A stretch of 64,000 nt of DNA from an uncultured cyanobacterium (GCA_963803805.1 CAWDOD010000002.1:1344001-1408000), one strand, 5' to 3'. Shown: positions 20,853-32,123, counted from the stretch's first letter. The notes: generated by a model from the sequence alone, not told the origin. Program-made: numbers and translations.

Positions 20853-22262
20853 TCACCTCACCCCATCATTAGAAGGATTAGGCCAAGGAATACTCCCTTG
20901 CTCTGCTAGTAAGTTAGAAACTGCTGCTGCACCGTAAAGATTGAGATGACTAGGATCGGCGAAATAACCATTTTGATTAAGCCAAATTGTACCCAGATTG
21001 ATGAAAGTAAAACCTAGTTGATTAGATTGTTGTTGCATCACCTGGACAAACTGCTGTTGGGCATTTTGTCTGGTGGCATCGAGATAGGTTTGGGTCAAAG
21101 GTAAATTAACAAAAACTAAAGGTATTCCTTGTTGTCTAGTATAAGCAGCTAAGCGATTGAGGGCTTCTACTTGCTGCCCGCCAAGGCTAAAGTTCTGGTA
21201 ATCCCCATCATAAAGACCTGCAACCCTAGGGTATTGTTGAAAATATGTATTAGGGTCGAAGCGGGAGGATATAGGTAAAAAGCCGTTTGGATCGATAGCA
21301 TTAATATCTATAGCTGCAAAAGCAGCTTTAGTGTGCCAAGGTAAAAGTTGGGCAAAATTAATTTGATGTAACCAACGGAGAAATTTTGGTTGTGAAGATA
21401 CATCATCAAATTCCTTACAAACATTTCCTTTACTCGTTGGTCTACCAGGCAATCGAGGAGGGTTCCCAGCGAGGACATTGCGATATCCGGCTGAAGTGAT
21501 AATGCCATTATAAGTCCGGTCTACTCTACCATCATTGAAAGCCCGTACTCCATCAGCCCAAATAATTAGTCGGGGCTTTTGGTCAGCAGCAAGGATATTT
21601 TCGATGATTATGTCTACAACTTGTGCTGTTGCGCCATTGACCCCTAAATTAAAGACCCGCAGTTTTCCTTGACCATTCCTAGTTAAAGCGGCTTCAAGTT
21701 GTCTAGGGTTGACTCCTTGTACCGCACGGGAACTACCCACAACTAAAACATCTGGTGTTCCCATAGCCGCGACATAGGAAAGGTAAAGCAAAAGTTGCCT
21801 ATCGAGAAACTGAGTATTAAAGCTAGCAAAAGGTATTTGAGTAGGAGCTGCTAAAGCTCTTTGTTGAGCGACTTCAAGATTTTTTTGATATTCAAGAATC
21901 TTTTTTTGAGCAAAAGTTTTTTCTGGACTCGAAGTCGGGATTGTTTGCATCCCTTCAATGGCTTGTATCCAGTTCAACGCCACTGTATTCCAATCTTGGG
22001 CTGATTGAGCTGACTGAGCCAAGGTAGCCGCCCTGAAAGCAGTTTCAAGAGCTTGGTTAAAGGAGTTACCTGGAACACAATTAGTTGCAGCCTTAGCTTG
22101 GCTAGAACGAGTAAAAAATTCTGAAGAGGTAATTTGAATTGGCGAACAGCCTGCTGTTGCGCTCAAAAGTATCAACAGTATTAGTTTGGATATCACTCTA
22201 GCTTTAGAAAGGGGACTATTGAGCTTAAATTCGCTTTGAGAAAAAGGCCAGAATCGAGGCAT
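20853..22262 (-). CDS. Lipoprotein with an SGNH/DUF1574-like domain
   Basis: Lipobox-like TAGC; VVGSSRA, FNLGVNG and FADPSHLN motifs. Confidence 0.65.
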   Translation of the reverse strand: MPRFWPFSQSEFKLNSPLSKARVISKLILLILLSATAGCSPIQITSSEFFTRSSQAKAATNCVPGNSFNQALETAFRAATLAQSAQSAQDWNTVALNWIQAIEGMQTIPTSSPEKTFAQKKILEYQKNLEVAQQRALAAPTQIPFASFNTQFLDRQLLLYLSYVAAMGTPDVLVVGSSRAVQGVNPRQLEAALTRNGQGKLRVFNLGVNGATAQVVDIIIENILAADQKPRLIIWADGVRAFNDGRVDRTYNGIITSAGYRNVLAGNPPRLPGRPTSKGNVCKEFDDVSSQPKFLRWLHQINFAQLLPWHTKAAFAAIDINAIDPNGFLPISSRFDPNTYFQQYPRVAGLYDGDYQNFSLGGQQVEALNRLAAYTRQQGIPLVFVNLPLTQTYLDATRQNAQQQFVQVMQQQSNQLGFTFINLGTIWLNQNGYFADPSHLNLYGAAAVSNLLAEQGSIPWPNPSNDGVR

Positions 22263-23050
22263 AAAAATTGATTCACGGTTAGGACAAGGTTATGGCTCTC
22301 TGGTCAACCTTCAGGCTTGAGTGTATAAACTTTAAGTTTACAGTAGCCTGATGGGAACGACTTTTAACCTTAAAACCAATTTAAACCAGAAAATTGCCTT
22401 TTTCTTAACTTAGAGCCTTCCTTTTTCTAGAGAGTTTGTTAACTTAGTATCCAGTCCTTCTTTTGAAAGCAGAACATATGTATTGGTCAAAAGCTTGTTT
22501 ACATCTGATTTGGCAATCAAAAGGGGATCATCAGGGAAAAAGTTGTAATTTTTTGCGCATTATGCTGTCATTTTTGAATTTATTCATTAAAATGGCTGAG
22601 GATCTTTGAGTTAATTCTCAGAGATAATCAATTCAAAGGTTACAAATCTTTGGTGATATTAGTCCTTAACCTAAAGAACTAATGCTAACTCTATCTATTA
22701 CTCAACTTAGTTGGAGTTAGAGCGTGAATAGCTAAATAGTTAATCTTCATTCCTGAATGAAAATTAATTTTGGTGCTAATAAAAAGTTGAGAAACTAAAC
22801 ACAAATTTTGTAAGAAAGGCTACAATCGGAAAAGTCTTCTTTAGAACTTTTTGGAAGACTAACATTCGGTAGGATAAAGCATTTCTACCTAAAGTTAAGT
22901 CTTGAGGAAAACCTTCCTAATCACTCTTATATACCCCGCGGTTAGAGGACATTTTGAAGGACTACTCAACTCGGCATAACAACTGACCAATTTTGAGTTA
23001 GCAAAAACTAATCTTCTGGTCTTGAACTGAAGGAGCAAGAGGAAAAAGGC

Positions 23051-24187
23051 ATGACGCAGGCCAGCGAAGTACTCGCAACTATCACCCAGCCTCATAGTGA
23101 GTTGGAACTATTAATCGACGAAGATGTAAACTCAAACCCTCCAGGTCGAGATGACCTGAATGGAGCATCTGGAGAGGGAAGCAACGGCAAAGTAGCCAAG
23201 CTAACCACCCCTCGCCGTCGTGAACAAACAAAAAAGAAACCATTCACCGAAGATTCTATCCGTATCTATCTCCAAGAAATAGGTCGTATTAGACTACTAC
23301 GAGCAGATGAAGAAATCGAACTCGCTAGAAAAATCGCCGATTTACTAGAGTTAGAAAGGATCAGAGAACAGCTTATTGATCAATTAGAGCGCGAACCTAA
23401 TGATCGCGAATGGGCAGAAGAAGTCAATATGGAATTGCCCAAATTCCGTCGCCGCCTCTTCCTAGGTCGGCGTGCCAAAGATAAAATGGTTCAGTCTAAT
23501 CTGCGCCTAGTGGTATCTATTGCTAAAAAATACATGAATCGTGGTCTATCTTTCCAAGACTTGATTCAGGAAGGATCTTTGGGCTTAATTCGGGCAGCAG
23601 AAAAGTTTGATCATGAAAAAGGTTATAAGTTTTCAACTTATGCAACTTGGTGGATTAGACAGGCAATAACTAGGGCGATCGCTGATCAATCTCGTACTAT
23701 TCGTCTACCAGTTCACCTTTATGAAACTATTTCTCGCATTAAGAAGACTACTAAGATTCTTTCCCAGGAAATGGGCCGTAAGCCTACTGAAGAAGAAATC
23801 GCAACTCGCATGGAAATGACCATCGAAAAGTTGCGATTTATTGCTAAGTCTGCTCAGTTACCTATCTCTTTGGAAACCCCTATTGGCAAAGAAGAAGATT
23901 CCCGTTTAGGGGACTTCATTGAAGCCGATGGGGAAACTCCAGAAGATCAAGTTTCTAAGAATTTACTACGGGAAGATTTAGAAAACGTTCTCGACACCCT
24001 TAGCCCTCGTGAACGCGATGTCTTGCGGTTACGTTATGGCTTAGATGATGGCAGAATGAAAACATTAGAAGAAATTGGTCAAATCTTTAATGTTACCCGT
24101 GAACGCATTCGCCAAATTGAAGCGAAAGCTTTACGGAAGTTGCGCCATCCTAACCGTAATAGCATTCTCAAAGAGTATATCCGGTAA
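23051..24187 (+). CDS. sigA: Principal RNA polymerase sigma factor (group 1)
   Basis: [47 protein letters not shown] and [19 protein letters not shown]. Confidence 0.97.
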   Translation: MTQASEVLATITQPHSELELLIDEDVNSNPPGRDDLNGASGEGSNGKVAKLTTPRRREQTKKKPFTEDSIRIYLQEIGRIRLLRADEEIELARKIADLLELERIREQLIDQLEREPNDREWAEEVNMELPKFRRRLFLGRRAKDKMVQSNLRLVVSIAKKYMNRGLSFQDLIQEGSLGLIRAAEKFDHEKGYKFSTYATWWIRQAITRAIADQSRTIRLPVHLYETISRIKKTTKILSQEMGRKPTEEEIATRMEMTIEKLRFIAKSAQLPISLETPIGKEEDSRLGDFIEADGETPEDQVSKNLLREDLENVLDTLSPRERDVLRLRYGLDDGRMKTLEEIGQIFNVTRERIRQIEAKALRKLRHPNRNSILKEYIR

Positions 24188-24297
24188 CGAATAGTAGACA
24201 GTAGGTAATTGAGAAGAAGCTATCTCACTATTTGGGGGGCAATTGCCTACTACTACATTTTTTAAAAAAAAATTGATGAAGATGAATAACCTAATTA

Positions 24298-24328
24298 GGA
24301 AAAGGGAAATAGAGTATTTTCCTTTTCC
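24298..24328 (+). terminator. Putative terminator hairpin between convergent sigA and hli
   Basis: GGAAAAGGGAAATA-gag-TATTTTCCTTTTCC inverted repeat. Confidence 0.5.
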
Positions 24329-24433
24329 ATTTACATTTATAGAGCAATAGTTTTAAAGCAAAAAAAGCTGAGCTTATATAGAAAAACTCAGCCTCTAAAA
24401 TCAAAAGTCACACAGAAAACTGCAAGACTAATT

Positions 24434-24583
24434 TTACAGTAGTCCTAAAAAATGAAGTACTCCCTGACCGGAGAGTAACTCAACAGCTAAAGCTGCTACA
24501 AAACCAATCATTGCTAAACGGCCATTCCAGTTTTCTGCTCCGGGTGTAAAACCAAATTCAAATTCGTTGCGCTTCTCTTCCAT
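24434..24583 (-). CDS. hli: High-light-inducible protein (single-helix Hli/Scp, 49 aa)
   Basis: Hand translation [49 protein letters not shown] contains the ExxNGRxAM chlorophyll-binding motif; below the ORF-track size cutoff. Confidence 0.95.
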   Translation of the reverse strand: MEEKRNEFEFGFTPGAENWNGRLAMIGFVAALAVELLSGQGVLHFLGLL

Positions 24584-24619
24584 GATCTTTTCTCCTTACA
24601 GTTGCTGATAGCAAAGTCC

Positions 24620-24637
24620 TATGTAAATAAATGTAAC
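24620..24637 (-). promoter_or_regulatory. HLR1 (RpaB-binding) site upstream of hli
   Basis: Minus strand GTTACATT-TA-TTTACATA matches (G/T)TTACA(T/A)(T/A)-N2-(G/T)TTACA(T/A)(T/A) exactly. Confidence 0.85.
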
Positions 24638-24764
24638 GAAGTTTTTGAGGAGTTGCAACAATTCTCAGCATTTAAAAAATAAACTCTGTCTTGAGGCTAA
24701 GAATCATTTATCATTTGTCATTAAACATTTATCATTAGTAATACTATTTCTTTGAGGGATTATT

Positions 24765-25190
24765 TTGGGACTCAAGACAATTATTGTGGCTATAGATAGT
24801 TCAGAAAGGTCAAGGCATGAAGTTGTAGCGGCTCTCAAAACTTTCTATATCCAAGCAACAACTAAAATAATTTTCTCCCACGTCTCTCCTACTTTCAATC
24901 TTGCCAATGAAGATGGCTATAAACCTCATCAGTCTCAAGAAGAAACACATCGTCAGTTAGAAGAGGAAATCAAGTCTTATCAAGACCAATTAGGGGGCAA
25001 GTGTGAGTTGGAAATAGTTAGCGGTGATCCAGCAGAGGAGATTATTCGCCTAGCTAATATTTATGATGCTGATTTAATTGTGATTGGTAATCGTGGCTTA
25101 AAAGGTTTCACACGAGTTATACAAGGTTCTGTAAGTAGTCAAGTTGTTTCTGATGGCCCTTGTTCTGTTTTAGTGGTGAAGGCTAGTTAA
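24765..25190 (+). CDS. Universal stress protein (single domain)
   Basis: IIVAIDSS, GDPAEEI..A, DLIVIGNRG, GSVS and CSVLVVK. Confidence 0.92.
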   Translation: MGLKTIIVAIDSSERSRHEVVAALKTFYIQATTKIIFSHVSPTFNLANEDGYKPHQSQEETHRQLEEEIKSYQDQLGGKCELEIVSGDPAEEIIRLANIYDADLIVIGNRGLKGFTRVIQGSVSSQVVSDGPCSVLVVKAS

Positions 25191-25316
25191 TCATGCTTTT
25201 CCTTTTGTTACCAGATACGCCTATTTTAGGGAAAGGGGTCAAGGGTAAAGATATCTCAACTCGGAATGAGAACTTTGGCGTGATCGCCAGGTGGAGAATC
25301 ATCAAAGATTACTTAT

Positions 25317-25895
25317 TTATTTGATACCCTGTAAATCATCCTTAATTTCAGCCCAAAAAGTACGGTTGTAAGGATCTGTCCGTAGAGCTTTCTTGAAATA
25401 AACTTTTGCTTTCCTTACTTGGGAATCGCTCTGTTTACCTGTGGCATCTCGCAATAACTTTCTTCCTTGTTGTTGATAAGTAATTGCTTGCCACTGACGT
25501 ACTTCTGGATCTAAAGGCCAACGTTGTGCTAAAGCTTCTACCAAAGTGATCGCTCTTATCAAATTCCCCTCTTGTAATAATTGCTGGAGAGATTTATAGG
25601 AGTCCCACTTCAGTTTTTGGTCTTGGGTAGATAGCTTAGGAACAAAATTGAAATTAAAAGGTTGAGGCTTTGGAGGGGCAGGAGTTTTCGTGGGAACTTT
25701 TTTCTGGCGCTCCAAGGTTTTAAGGAGGCGTTTATAAGCATCTGTAAGCTGAATAAATTTAGCTTGGGCTTCTCGGCTATCTGGATTGATATCAGGGTGA
25801 TATTGCCTTGCCAAACGACGATAGGCACTCTTAACTTGCTCTGGGTTAGCTCCAGATTTTAAACCTAACAAGTTATAGCAGTTTGCCAGATTCAT
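25317..25895 (-). CDS. DnaJ-domain protein with a TPR-like C-terminus
   Basis: Y..LGL, K.AYRRLARQYHPD and AY..L; ATG at 25895, alternative TTG at 25913. Confidence 0.88.
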   Translation of the reverse strand: MNLANCYNLLGLKSGANPEQVKSAYRRLARQYHPDINPDSREAQAKFIQLTDAYKRLLKTLERQKKVPTKTPAPPKPQPFNFNFVPKLSTQDQKLKWDSYKSLQQLLQEGNLIRAITLVEALAQRWPLDPEVRQWQAITYQQQGRKLLRDATGKQSDSQVRKAKVYFKKALRTDPYNRTFWAEIKDDLQGIK

Positions 25896-25950
25896 TCGCT
25901 TCGCGGAAGTCAAAATTTAACTTAGTGGTTGGAAGATTATAAGGTAATTA

Positions 25951-25995
25951 GCGATCGCCTCAAGAAAAATCAGACTAAATTCTTGAGGCGATCGC
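25951..25995. terminator. 16-bp inverted repeat bounded by two HIP1 sites downstream of clpP
   Basis: GCGATCGCCTCAAGAA-13 nt-TTCTTGAGGCGATCGC. Confidence 0.55.
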
Positions 25996-26047
25996 CCAAA
26001 TTTTAATTGATCCTTAGCTATTCTTAAACAGGGAAACTATGAAAACT

Positions 26048-26644
26048 TTAATTTGGTCTTTCAGTAATCACCCGGTCAATTATGCCGTACTCCTTAGACT
26101 CCTCTGCTGACATAAAAAAGTCTCTATCGACATCTTTCTCTATCTTCTCCACAGCTTGACCTGTACGATCAGCATACATTTGGTTAAGTTGTCGACGCAT
26201 ACGGATAATTTCCCTAGCTTCAATTTCAATATCCGTAGCTTGGCCCCTCGTCCCCCCAGAAGGTTGATGAATCATAATTCGCGAATGAGGCAAAGCTAAG
26301 CGTTTTCCTTTAGTTCCAGCAGCGAGAAGGAAAGACCCCATAGAGGCAGCTAAACCCACACAAATTGTTACCACATCGGATTTGATATGTTGCATGGTAT
26401 CGTAGATACCCAAGCCGGCCGTAACGCTTCCTCCGGGAGAATTGATGTAGAGGTAAATATCTTTACCAGGATCATCCGAATCCAAATAAAGCATTACAGC
26501 AATAATTTGATTAGCCAACTCATCATCAACCTCTTTACCAAGAAAGATAATACGCTCCCGGTAAAGACGATTATAAATATCAATCCATTGAGTATATTGT
26601 TCCCCTGGCATTCTGTAAGGAACTTTAGGCACACCAATTGGCAT
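26048..26644 (-). CDS. clpP: ATP-dependent Clp protease proteolytic subunit (ClpP3 type)
   Basis: [23 protein letters not shown] (catalytic Ser) and MIHQP (catalytic His). Confidence 0.96.
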   Translation of the reverse strand: MPIGVPKVPYRMPGEQYTQWIDIYNRLYRERIIFLGKEVDDELANQIIAVMLYLDSDDPGKDIYLYINSPGGSVTAGLGIYDTMQHIKSDVVTICVGLAASMGSFLLAAGTKGKRLALPHSRIMIHQPSGGTRGQATDIEIEAREIIRMRRQLNQMYADRTGQAVEKIEKDVDRDFFMSAEESKEYGIIDRVITERPN

Positions 26645-26685
26645 AATTCGCTCCGTTATTTTTAAGTTATTAAGACAGTATTTTT

Positions 26686-27345
26686 TTAGATAGAACCAGC
26701 AGGAATAGGAATCTGCGCACCCTCAGAAGCCTCTAAGACTCGGTCAATTAAGCCATAGTCTACGGCCTCTTGAGGAGTCAAATAAAAGGTTCTGTCCATA
26801 TCTTTGACCAGTTTTTCTGGGTCTTGACCTGTATTTTTGGCCAAAATATCAATGGTAGTTTTTTTATTTGCGATCACCTCGCGGGCGCGGATTTGAATAT
26901 CTGTCGCTTGGCCTTGAGCATAGCTCCTGGGTTGATTCAAAATAATTGAAGCGTGGGGTAAACTAGCTCGACAACCTTTCGTTCCCGCAGACAGTAACAT
27001 TGCGGCCATTCCCATAGCCATGCCCAAGCAAATGGTATGTACTGGAGGTTTGATGTAGTTGATGGTATCGCAAATGGCAAAAGCTTCTGTATCAAAGCCT
27101 ATCGGTTCGCCATCATAGTAAGACGTACCTGTGGAATTGATGTAAATTTTGATTGGCTTATCTGGGTCGTCGTACTGTAAATACAGTAGTTCTGCAACAA
27201 TTAATTCTGTTACCTGAGGAACCAGAGGCATACCCAAATAAACAATCCTCTCTTTTAATAACAAAGAGGGTAAATCTGGGGGAGGAGTTCTATAGGATAC
27301 ACCCCCACCATAGGGGGCTTGAACAGCTTGAATCTGTGATTTCAT
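26686..27345 (-). CDS. clpR: Non-catalytic Clp subunit ClpR
   Basis: [20 protein letters not shown] and YINSTGTS; catalytic Ser/His replaced (MGMAA, LNQP); lies upstream of clpP. Confidence 0.92.
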   Translation of the reverse strand: MKSQIQAVQAPYGGGVSYRTPPPDLPSLLLKERIVYLGMPLVPQVTELIVAELLYLQYDDPDKPIKIYINSTGTSYYDGEPIGFDTEAFAICDTINYIKPPVHTICLGMAMGMAAMLLSAGTKGCRASLPHASIILNQPRSYAQGQATDIQIRAREVIANKKTTIDILAKNTGQDPEKLVKDMDRTFYLTPQEAVDYGLIDRVLEASEGAQIPIPAGSI

Positions 27346-27770
27346 GGGGTTGTCATTGGTCATTGGTAATTGGCCATGGAATTTAGAGGTTTACAGGTAT
27401 TTTTGCTGTAGCCGTTAGGAGAGGTTTTAAGGTTATGAAAAACTTGAACCTGCAACCATCAGCACCACGGACGCGCTTCAACCAAATAAGGCTATTACCC
27501 TTCGATTCTAGCTTATTCCCCAAAATTTCCTTTTCTTCTGCTTGTAAGGATATCCTCATCTTTAAGCTTTACCCATCTACCCATCTCCTAATTTAAGTGA
27601 GGTTTTTGCATTGAGGGGTTTATTGGTAGTGGAGAGGGAAAAAATGCTTCTTAATCGAGAACTGTTCTTTCTTTTGGAAAAACGCCAAACCTGCTACTAC
27701 TATCAATGCCCAAAGCCTGCTAATCTATAAACTTTGGAAAAATAATAACTTACTGACCAAATAAAGATTT

Positions 27771-28664
27771 ATGAGCAGTGAAAGTGAATACATTAGGAAA
27801 GCAGAAGCCACTCGCGTTAGGGTCTTGAGTGAAGCTTTACCCTACATTCAACAATTTGCTGGCCGCACAGTGGTGGTTAAATATGGTGGGGCAGCAATGA
27901 AGGATCAAAGACTTAAGGACAAAGTAGTTAGGGATATTGTCTTTTTATCTTGTGTCGGTTTGCGTCCGGTGGTAGTCCACGGTGGCGGGCCAGAAATTAA
28001 TAGCTGGTTAACCAAGTTGGGCATTGAACCTCAATTCAAAGATGGTTTGCGCGTAACCGATGCCCCGACTATGGATGTGGTGGAGATGGTGTTAGTTGGT
28101 CGAGTGAATAAAGAACTCGTTTCCTTAATTAACCGTGCTGGAGGGGCTGCCGTTGGTTTGTGCGGTAAAGATGGTAACTTGATTAAAGCTAGACCCGAAG
28201 GAAGAGAAGGTATTGGTTTTGTTGGGGAAGTTAGTAGTATTGATACTAAACTTGTAGAATCATTGGTTAGTAATGGTTACGTGCCAGTTATTTCTAGTGT
28301 GGCAGCCGATATTACAGGGCAAGCTTACAATATTAATGCCGATACTGTGGCTGGAGAATTAGCGGCAGCTTTGGGGGCAGAAAAGTTAATTTTGCTTACA
28401 GATACCCCCGGTATATTAGAAGACTACAAAGAACCTTCAAGTTTGCTACCAAAACTTGATATCCAACAAGCTAGGGATTTGATTGATAAAGGGGTTGTCG
28501 GTGGAGGAATGATTCCCAAGGTTAACTGTTGTGTTCGTTCCTTAGCCCAAGGTGTCCATGCAGCACATATAATTGATGGTCGCATTCCCCATGCCCTTTT
28601 GCTAGAAATTTTTACCGATGACGGTATTGGTTCTATGTTAGTGGCTTCAGGATATTTTGTTTAA
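27771..28664 (+). CDS. argB: Acetylglutamate kinase
   Basis: [28 protein letters not shown] and GGMIPKV. Confidence 0.97.
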   Translation: MSSESEYIRKAEATRVRVLSEALPYIQQFAGRTVVVKYGGAAMKDQRLKDKVVRDIVFLSCVGLRPVVVHGGGPEINSWLTKLGIEPQFKDGLRVTDAPTMDVVEMVLVGRVNKELVSLINRAGGAAVGLCGKDGNLIKARPEGREGIGFVGEVSSIDTKLVESLVSNGYVPVISSVAADITGQAYNINADTVAGELAAALGAEKLILLTDTPGILEDYKEPSSLLPKLDIQQARDLIDKGVVGGGMIPKVNCCVRSLAQGVHAAHIIDGRIPHALLLEIFTDDGIGSMLVASGYFV

Positions 28665-28714
28665 TTACTTTAAAGAAGTCAAAGCCAGTTATTCATTTGT
28701 TGTTGCCATAGGCA

Positions 28715-29104
28715 TCATCGACTAAGGCGAATTTGCACTCCATCAGAACCTAGATAAATATAAGAACCTTGGTTTTGATAATGCTGATGCTGATAAACCG
28801 GAGGATAAACTACCGTAGGATTGACGATCACAGGTGGGTAAACTACTTGATTATGTCCAGGTACGATTATTTGAGGACTAGGGAAATGAATGGTGGAGTT
28901 GCGCCTGTTTCTGCTTAAAGGATGTGTTCCAGGAACAGGGGTATAGACAGGATTGGTGTAGATAATGGTTGGTTGTTGAATTGGGTAAACAGTGGTTCTT
29001 TGTATGACTACTGGTTTAGCATTGGCTGGCAAATTACTATTTAGGGCAGCAGCTATGCATAATAGCAACGGGTTGAAGGCATTGTTTAGGGTTCGTTTCA
29101 ACAT
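28715..29104 (-). CDS. Hypothetical secreted Pro/Val/Tyr-rich protein
   Basis: Signal peptide ending in ANA; repeated VVYPP/VNPT motifs. Confidence 0.6.
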   Translation of the reverse strand: MLKRTLNNAFNPLLLCIAAALNSNLPANAKPVVIQRTTVYPIQQPTIIYTNPVYTPVPGTHPLSRNRRNSTIHFPSPQIIVPGHNQVVYPPVIVNPTVVYPPVYQHQHYQNQGSYIYLGSDGVQIRLSR

Positions 29105-29204
29105 GATTTAACCAACAGGGAAAAGAGATAGATAGTCAATAAAGTCTATTTTCTGAAGACGTTGTAAATTAGTAAAAGTTTCATTGTAATTTTAAAATCC
29201 TATA

Positions 29205-29717
29205 ATGAATTTGGAAGAGCAAGAAAAATTACAAGTTGAGTTTCAAGCTGGTAAAAAAGCCCTGGAACGAGGTGAATATCGTCTTAGTATTAAGCATTTA
29301 GAGACAGCTAGTAAATTATCCCGTTTTGGTACTCGTTTAGGGGGAGAAGTTGGTATTTGGCTGATGAGTGCTTATCAAGCAGCTAATCAAATGGAACAAG
29401 CAATCGCCCTTGGACAGAAATTAGCAAAGCATCCTTTTCAAGAAGTGGCCCAGCAAAGCAGACGATTACTTTATATTATACAAGCCCCTCAATTGGTTAG
29501 ACCGCGAGAATGGATGAGCGAAATCCCTGACTTAACCAATTTAGAAGAGAGTCAGCCCCAGGATCGTCGCGGCAGTGGTTTATCGAAATCAAGACACAAA
29601 TTAAAGGAATCTCAACCTCTTGATTTAAGTGAGGTTAATACCCAAGATAACCAATTCATTTGGCTAGCTTTGGTTACTATAATTGTGATCTTCGGAGGGT
29701 TATGGTTAATTGCCTGA
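29205..29717 (+). CDS. Conserved hypothetical TPR-like protein with a C-terminal TM anchor
   Basis: G..ALERG.Y, AP.L.RP.EW..IP and a hydrophobic C-terminus. Confidence 0.72.
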   Translation: MNLEEQEKLQVEFQAGKKALERGEYRLSIKHLETASKLSRFGTRLGGEVGIWLMSAYQAANQMEQAIALGQKLAKHPFQEVAQQSRRLLYIIQAPQLVRPREWMSEIPDLTNLEESQPQDRRGSGLSKSRHKLKESQPLDLSEVNTQDNQFIWLALVTIIVIFGGLWLIA

Positions 29718-29722
29718 AAAAC

Positions 29723-30427
29723 CTAACTCTCTTTGTCTTTAGTAATAGATTCAACAGGATTTTTCTCAGAAAAGCCCCAAAAGAATACTACAGCAATCCC
29801 CACAATCATTAACCATTCTGGAGGAACTAACTCAGGATTGATCGCTCTAACCAATAAACGCAAACCTACCAATCCGACGGTGGTATAACCTGCGGTTTCT
29901 AAATAAGTAAATTTATCTAACCAACCAATAAATAGCTCAGCTAAAAATCTTAGAGTAATTACACCAATAGTTCCACCGGCAATCACTAACCAAATTTGGT
30001 CAGAAATAGCGATCGCTGTGGTAACACTATCTAAAGAGAAAGCTAAATCTGTCACCGCAATCATGGGGATAGCTTGCCATAATGAAACAAACTTTGGGCC
30101 GTGTAGTGTTTCAGTATCATCTTGGTTAGAAGTAAAATATTTGAAGACTAACCAAAGTAAATATAATGCTCCGAGTACCTCAAACTGCCAATATTGAATT
30201 ACCCAAGTAGCTGTAAGGATCAGAGTGATACGGAGAACATAGGCTGCTACTAAACCAAAATTGAGGGCCTTGCGCTGGAGTTCCTTATCTTCTAGACCTT
30301 GGGCAATAGAGGCTAGGGCAATAGCATTATCTGCTGATAATACCGCTTCTAGGGCAATGAGAATCAATAAAATTAAAGGAGCTTCAATGCCTAAATCAAG
30401 GGGAGAGTTGAGAAGTGAATCTAGCAT
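29723..30427 (-). CDS. TerC family integral membrane protein
   Basis: LEAVLSADNA and DLAFSLDSV motifs. Confidence 0.92.
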   Translation of the reverse strand: MLDSLLNSPLDLGIEAPLILLILIALEAVLSADNAIALASIAQGLEDKELQRKALNFGLVAAYVLRITLILTATWVIQYWQFEVLGALYLLWLVFKYFTSNQDDTETLHGPKFVSLWQAIPMIAVTDLAFSLDSVTTAIAISDQIWLVIAGGTIGVITLRFLAELFIGWLDKFTYLETAGYTTVGLVGLRLLVRAINPELVPPEWLMIVGIAVVFFWGFSEKNPVESITKDKES

Positions 30428-30596
30428 TAAAAGTTTGTTATGGCGACTAAAAATACTTATGTAATTAATGTTACCTTAATCCCTGCTCCCTCTCCTCGAT
30501 CCCTGTTTTATGTATTCTTGTTACAGAATGTTTCGCAAATGGCAGTCGATAGCGCAAATTAGTGAAATAAACTTGGAAAATGAGGAGTTATTTATT

Positions 30597-30695
30597 ATGG
30601 GTTTATCAGATACTCAAGTTTTCATAGCTTTGGCGATCGCCTTATTACCAGGAATTCTGGCTTTGCGTTTGTCTACGGAATTGTACAAATCCTAA
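30597..30695 (+). CDS. psaM: Photosystem I subunit XII
   Basis: [32 protein letters not shown] with a GAGGAG RBS upstream. Confidence 0.95.
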   Translation: MGLSDTQVFIALAIALLPGILALRLSTELYKS

Positions 30696-30730
30696 GCTTA
30701 GAATAACTAGCAACCCTTAATTTAGATATT

Positions 30731-30818
30731 GAAGAGGTTAAAGGGGTTGACTGTCACTTGTTAAAAGACTATTGTCAACAAGTCACTCACAACCACCCTA
30801 GCCTCTTAATTTTTTTTT
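30731..30818 (+). terminator. Long imperfect hairpin plus T run after psaM
   Basis: Nested pairings AAGAGG/CCTCTT, GGTTG/CAACC and ACTTGTT/AACAAGT, followed by a T run. Confidence 0.5.
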
Positions 30819-31079
30819 GTCGAGTTTCGGTTAGAACTGAGCAAATTGCTGTAAATTGTCAACAATAGCATCAATGTGCAAGCTGCGGATTGTCATTTTT
30901 ACTCATTAGTTCCATCCTGATTCTGTATGAACCTAAAGGGATTTTGCTTTTCAGGTTAGTTTCCTAACCATTGCGTACTGATTTCTACTAAAGCTTTGGC
31001 TAATTTCATAGCGATTTTTATTATTAACCTGTTTTGTAGTGACCAGCAACGCACTTGCCAAAACTCGACTTTAAATTAA

Positions 31080-31445
31080 ATGAACGCACTTAGATCCCCA
31101 GAACCAACTCCCTTAAAAAAACGCCCTCTGAAGACTCGACGCAAAAAGCTTCCCCAGCGTCAGCCTCAAAGCGCTATTGTTGCGGAGATAGTCGTCAAAG
31201 TACTAGCCAATGCTATTTTATCTGTGGCGGCAATTACAGCATTGATCAAGCTTTTACCCCATCACTTTTCCCAACAATCCAAGTTAAGCGATGTTAGGCA
31301 AGAAGCAAGCCATACTGAAAAACGAGTCCAGGATTTGCGAGAAAAATTGGAGTATACCCTTGGTACAGGGAATGAAGATGAAGTTATGAATCTCCAAACT
31401 GGACTTAAAGATCCCAATAAGCTACCAGTGGTTTTTAATGACTAA
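31080..31445 (+). CDS. Bitopic coiled-coil protein (FtsB/FtsL-like topology)
   Basis: Basic N-terminus, one TM helix, then a heptad coiled coil. Confidence 0.6.
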   Translation: MNALRSPEPTPLKKRPLKTRRKKLPQRQPQSAIVAEIVVKVLANAILSVAAITALIKLLPHHFSQQSKLSDVRQEASHTEKRVQDLREKLEYTLGTGNEDEVMNLQTGLKDPNKLPVVFND

Positions 31446-31463
31446 ATACCCAAAGAATTTAGG

Positions 31464-32123
31464 TTAGGCACTAAGGGGATGAAGAAGTTCTTGTAGCCAA
31501 AGTTGAACATTTTTGGCATATTGCTGAGAAGTTGACACATTAGCTAAAGAACGTTGGTAATCAGCCACAGCACAATTCCAATCTCCCCTGAGATGGTAGC
31601 TGCGCCCTCTTTCAGCATAAATTCTTCCTTGCAAGCGCTTCCCTAACGCTAAAGCTAAATCAAAGTTTTCTATAGCTAAATCGTATAATCCTAACTGGCG
31701 AAAGGCGATCCCCTGGTTAATCCAAGCCCGAATATTGCCAGGATTAAAATCTAAAGCAATTTCATAATCTTTTAAAGCCGCAGCTAAGTTACCTTGAGAT
31801 GCGTAACAATTGGCGCGGTTATTATAGGCGCTATCTAAGCGTGGATTGATTTCTATAGCTTGGGAAAGATCAGCGATCGCCTCAGAGAGTTGACCGTTTT
31901 TGCTATACATTAGCCCCCGATTATTATAATTACTTGCGTTACGAGGATTATGTTCAATTAATTGAGTAAGGACGGTGATCGCCGTTTTATAGTCACCCCG
32001 TGCAGCTTTTTCTTCTACTGTAGTTAGTAAACTTCTCTCCCAGTCTGGTTGCTCTGGGCAAGAGCAAAACTCCACCGGATATAATCTTTGGGAAACAGAA
32101 TTTCTAGAGCTGTCAGCGTTCAT
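31464..32123 (-). CDS. TPR repeat protein
   Basis: YNNRG/YNNRA/WINQG repeats at 34-aa spacing. Confidence 0.88.
   Translation of the reverse strand: MNADSSRNSVSQRLYPVEFCSCPEQPDWERSLLTTVEEKAARGDYKTAITVLTQLIEHNPRNASNYNNRGLMYSKNGQLSEAIADLSQAIEINPRLDSAYNNRANCYASQGNLAAALKDYEIALDFNPGNIRAWINQGIAFRQLGLYDLAIENFDLALALGKRLQGRIYAERGRSYHLRGDWNCAVADYQRSLANVSTSQQYAKNVQLWLQELLHPLSA

Noticed and set aside
22263-23050. Hidden gene or ncRNA in the long sigA upstream region, including ORF 22895-23095
   Set aside because: No convincing ORF or structure was found, and long multi-promoter leaders are normal for sigA.
30510-30596. 61-aa N-terminally extended PsaM
   Set aside because: The RBS and family length point to the ATG at 30597.
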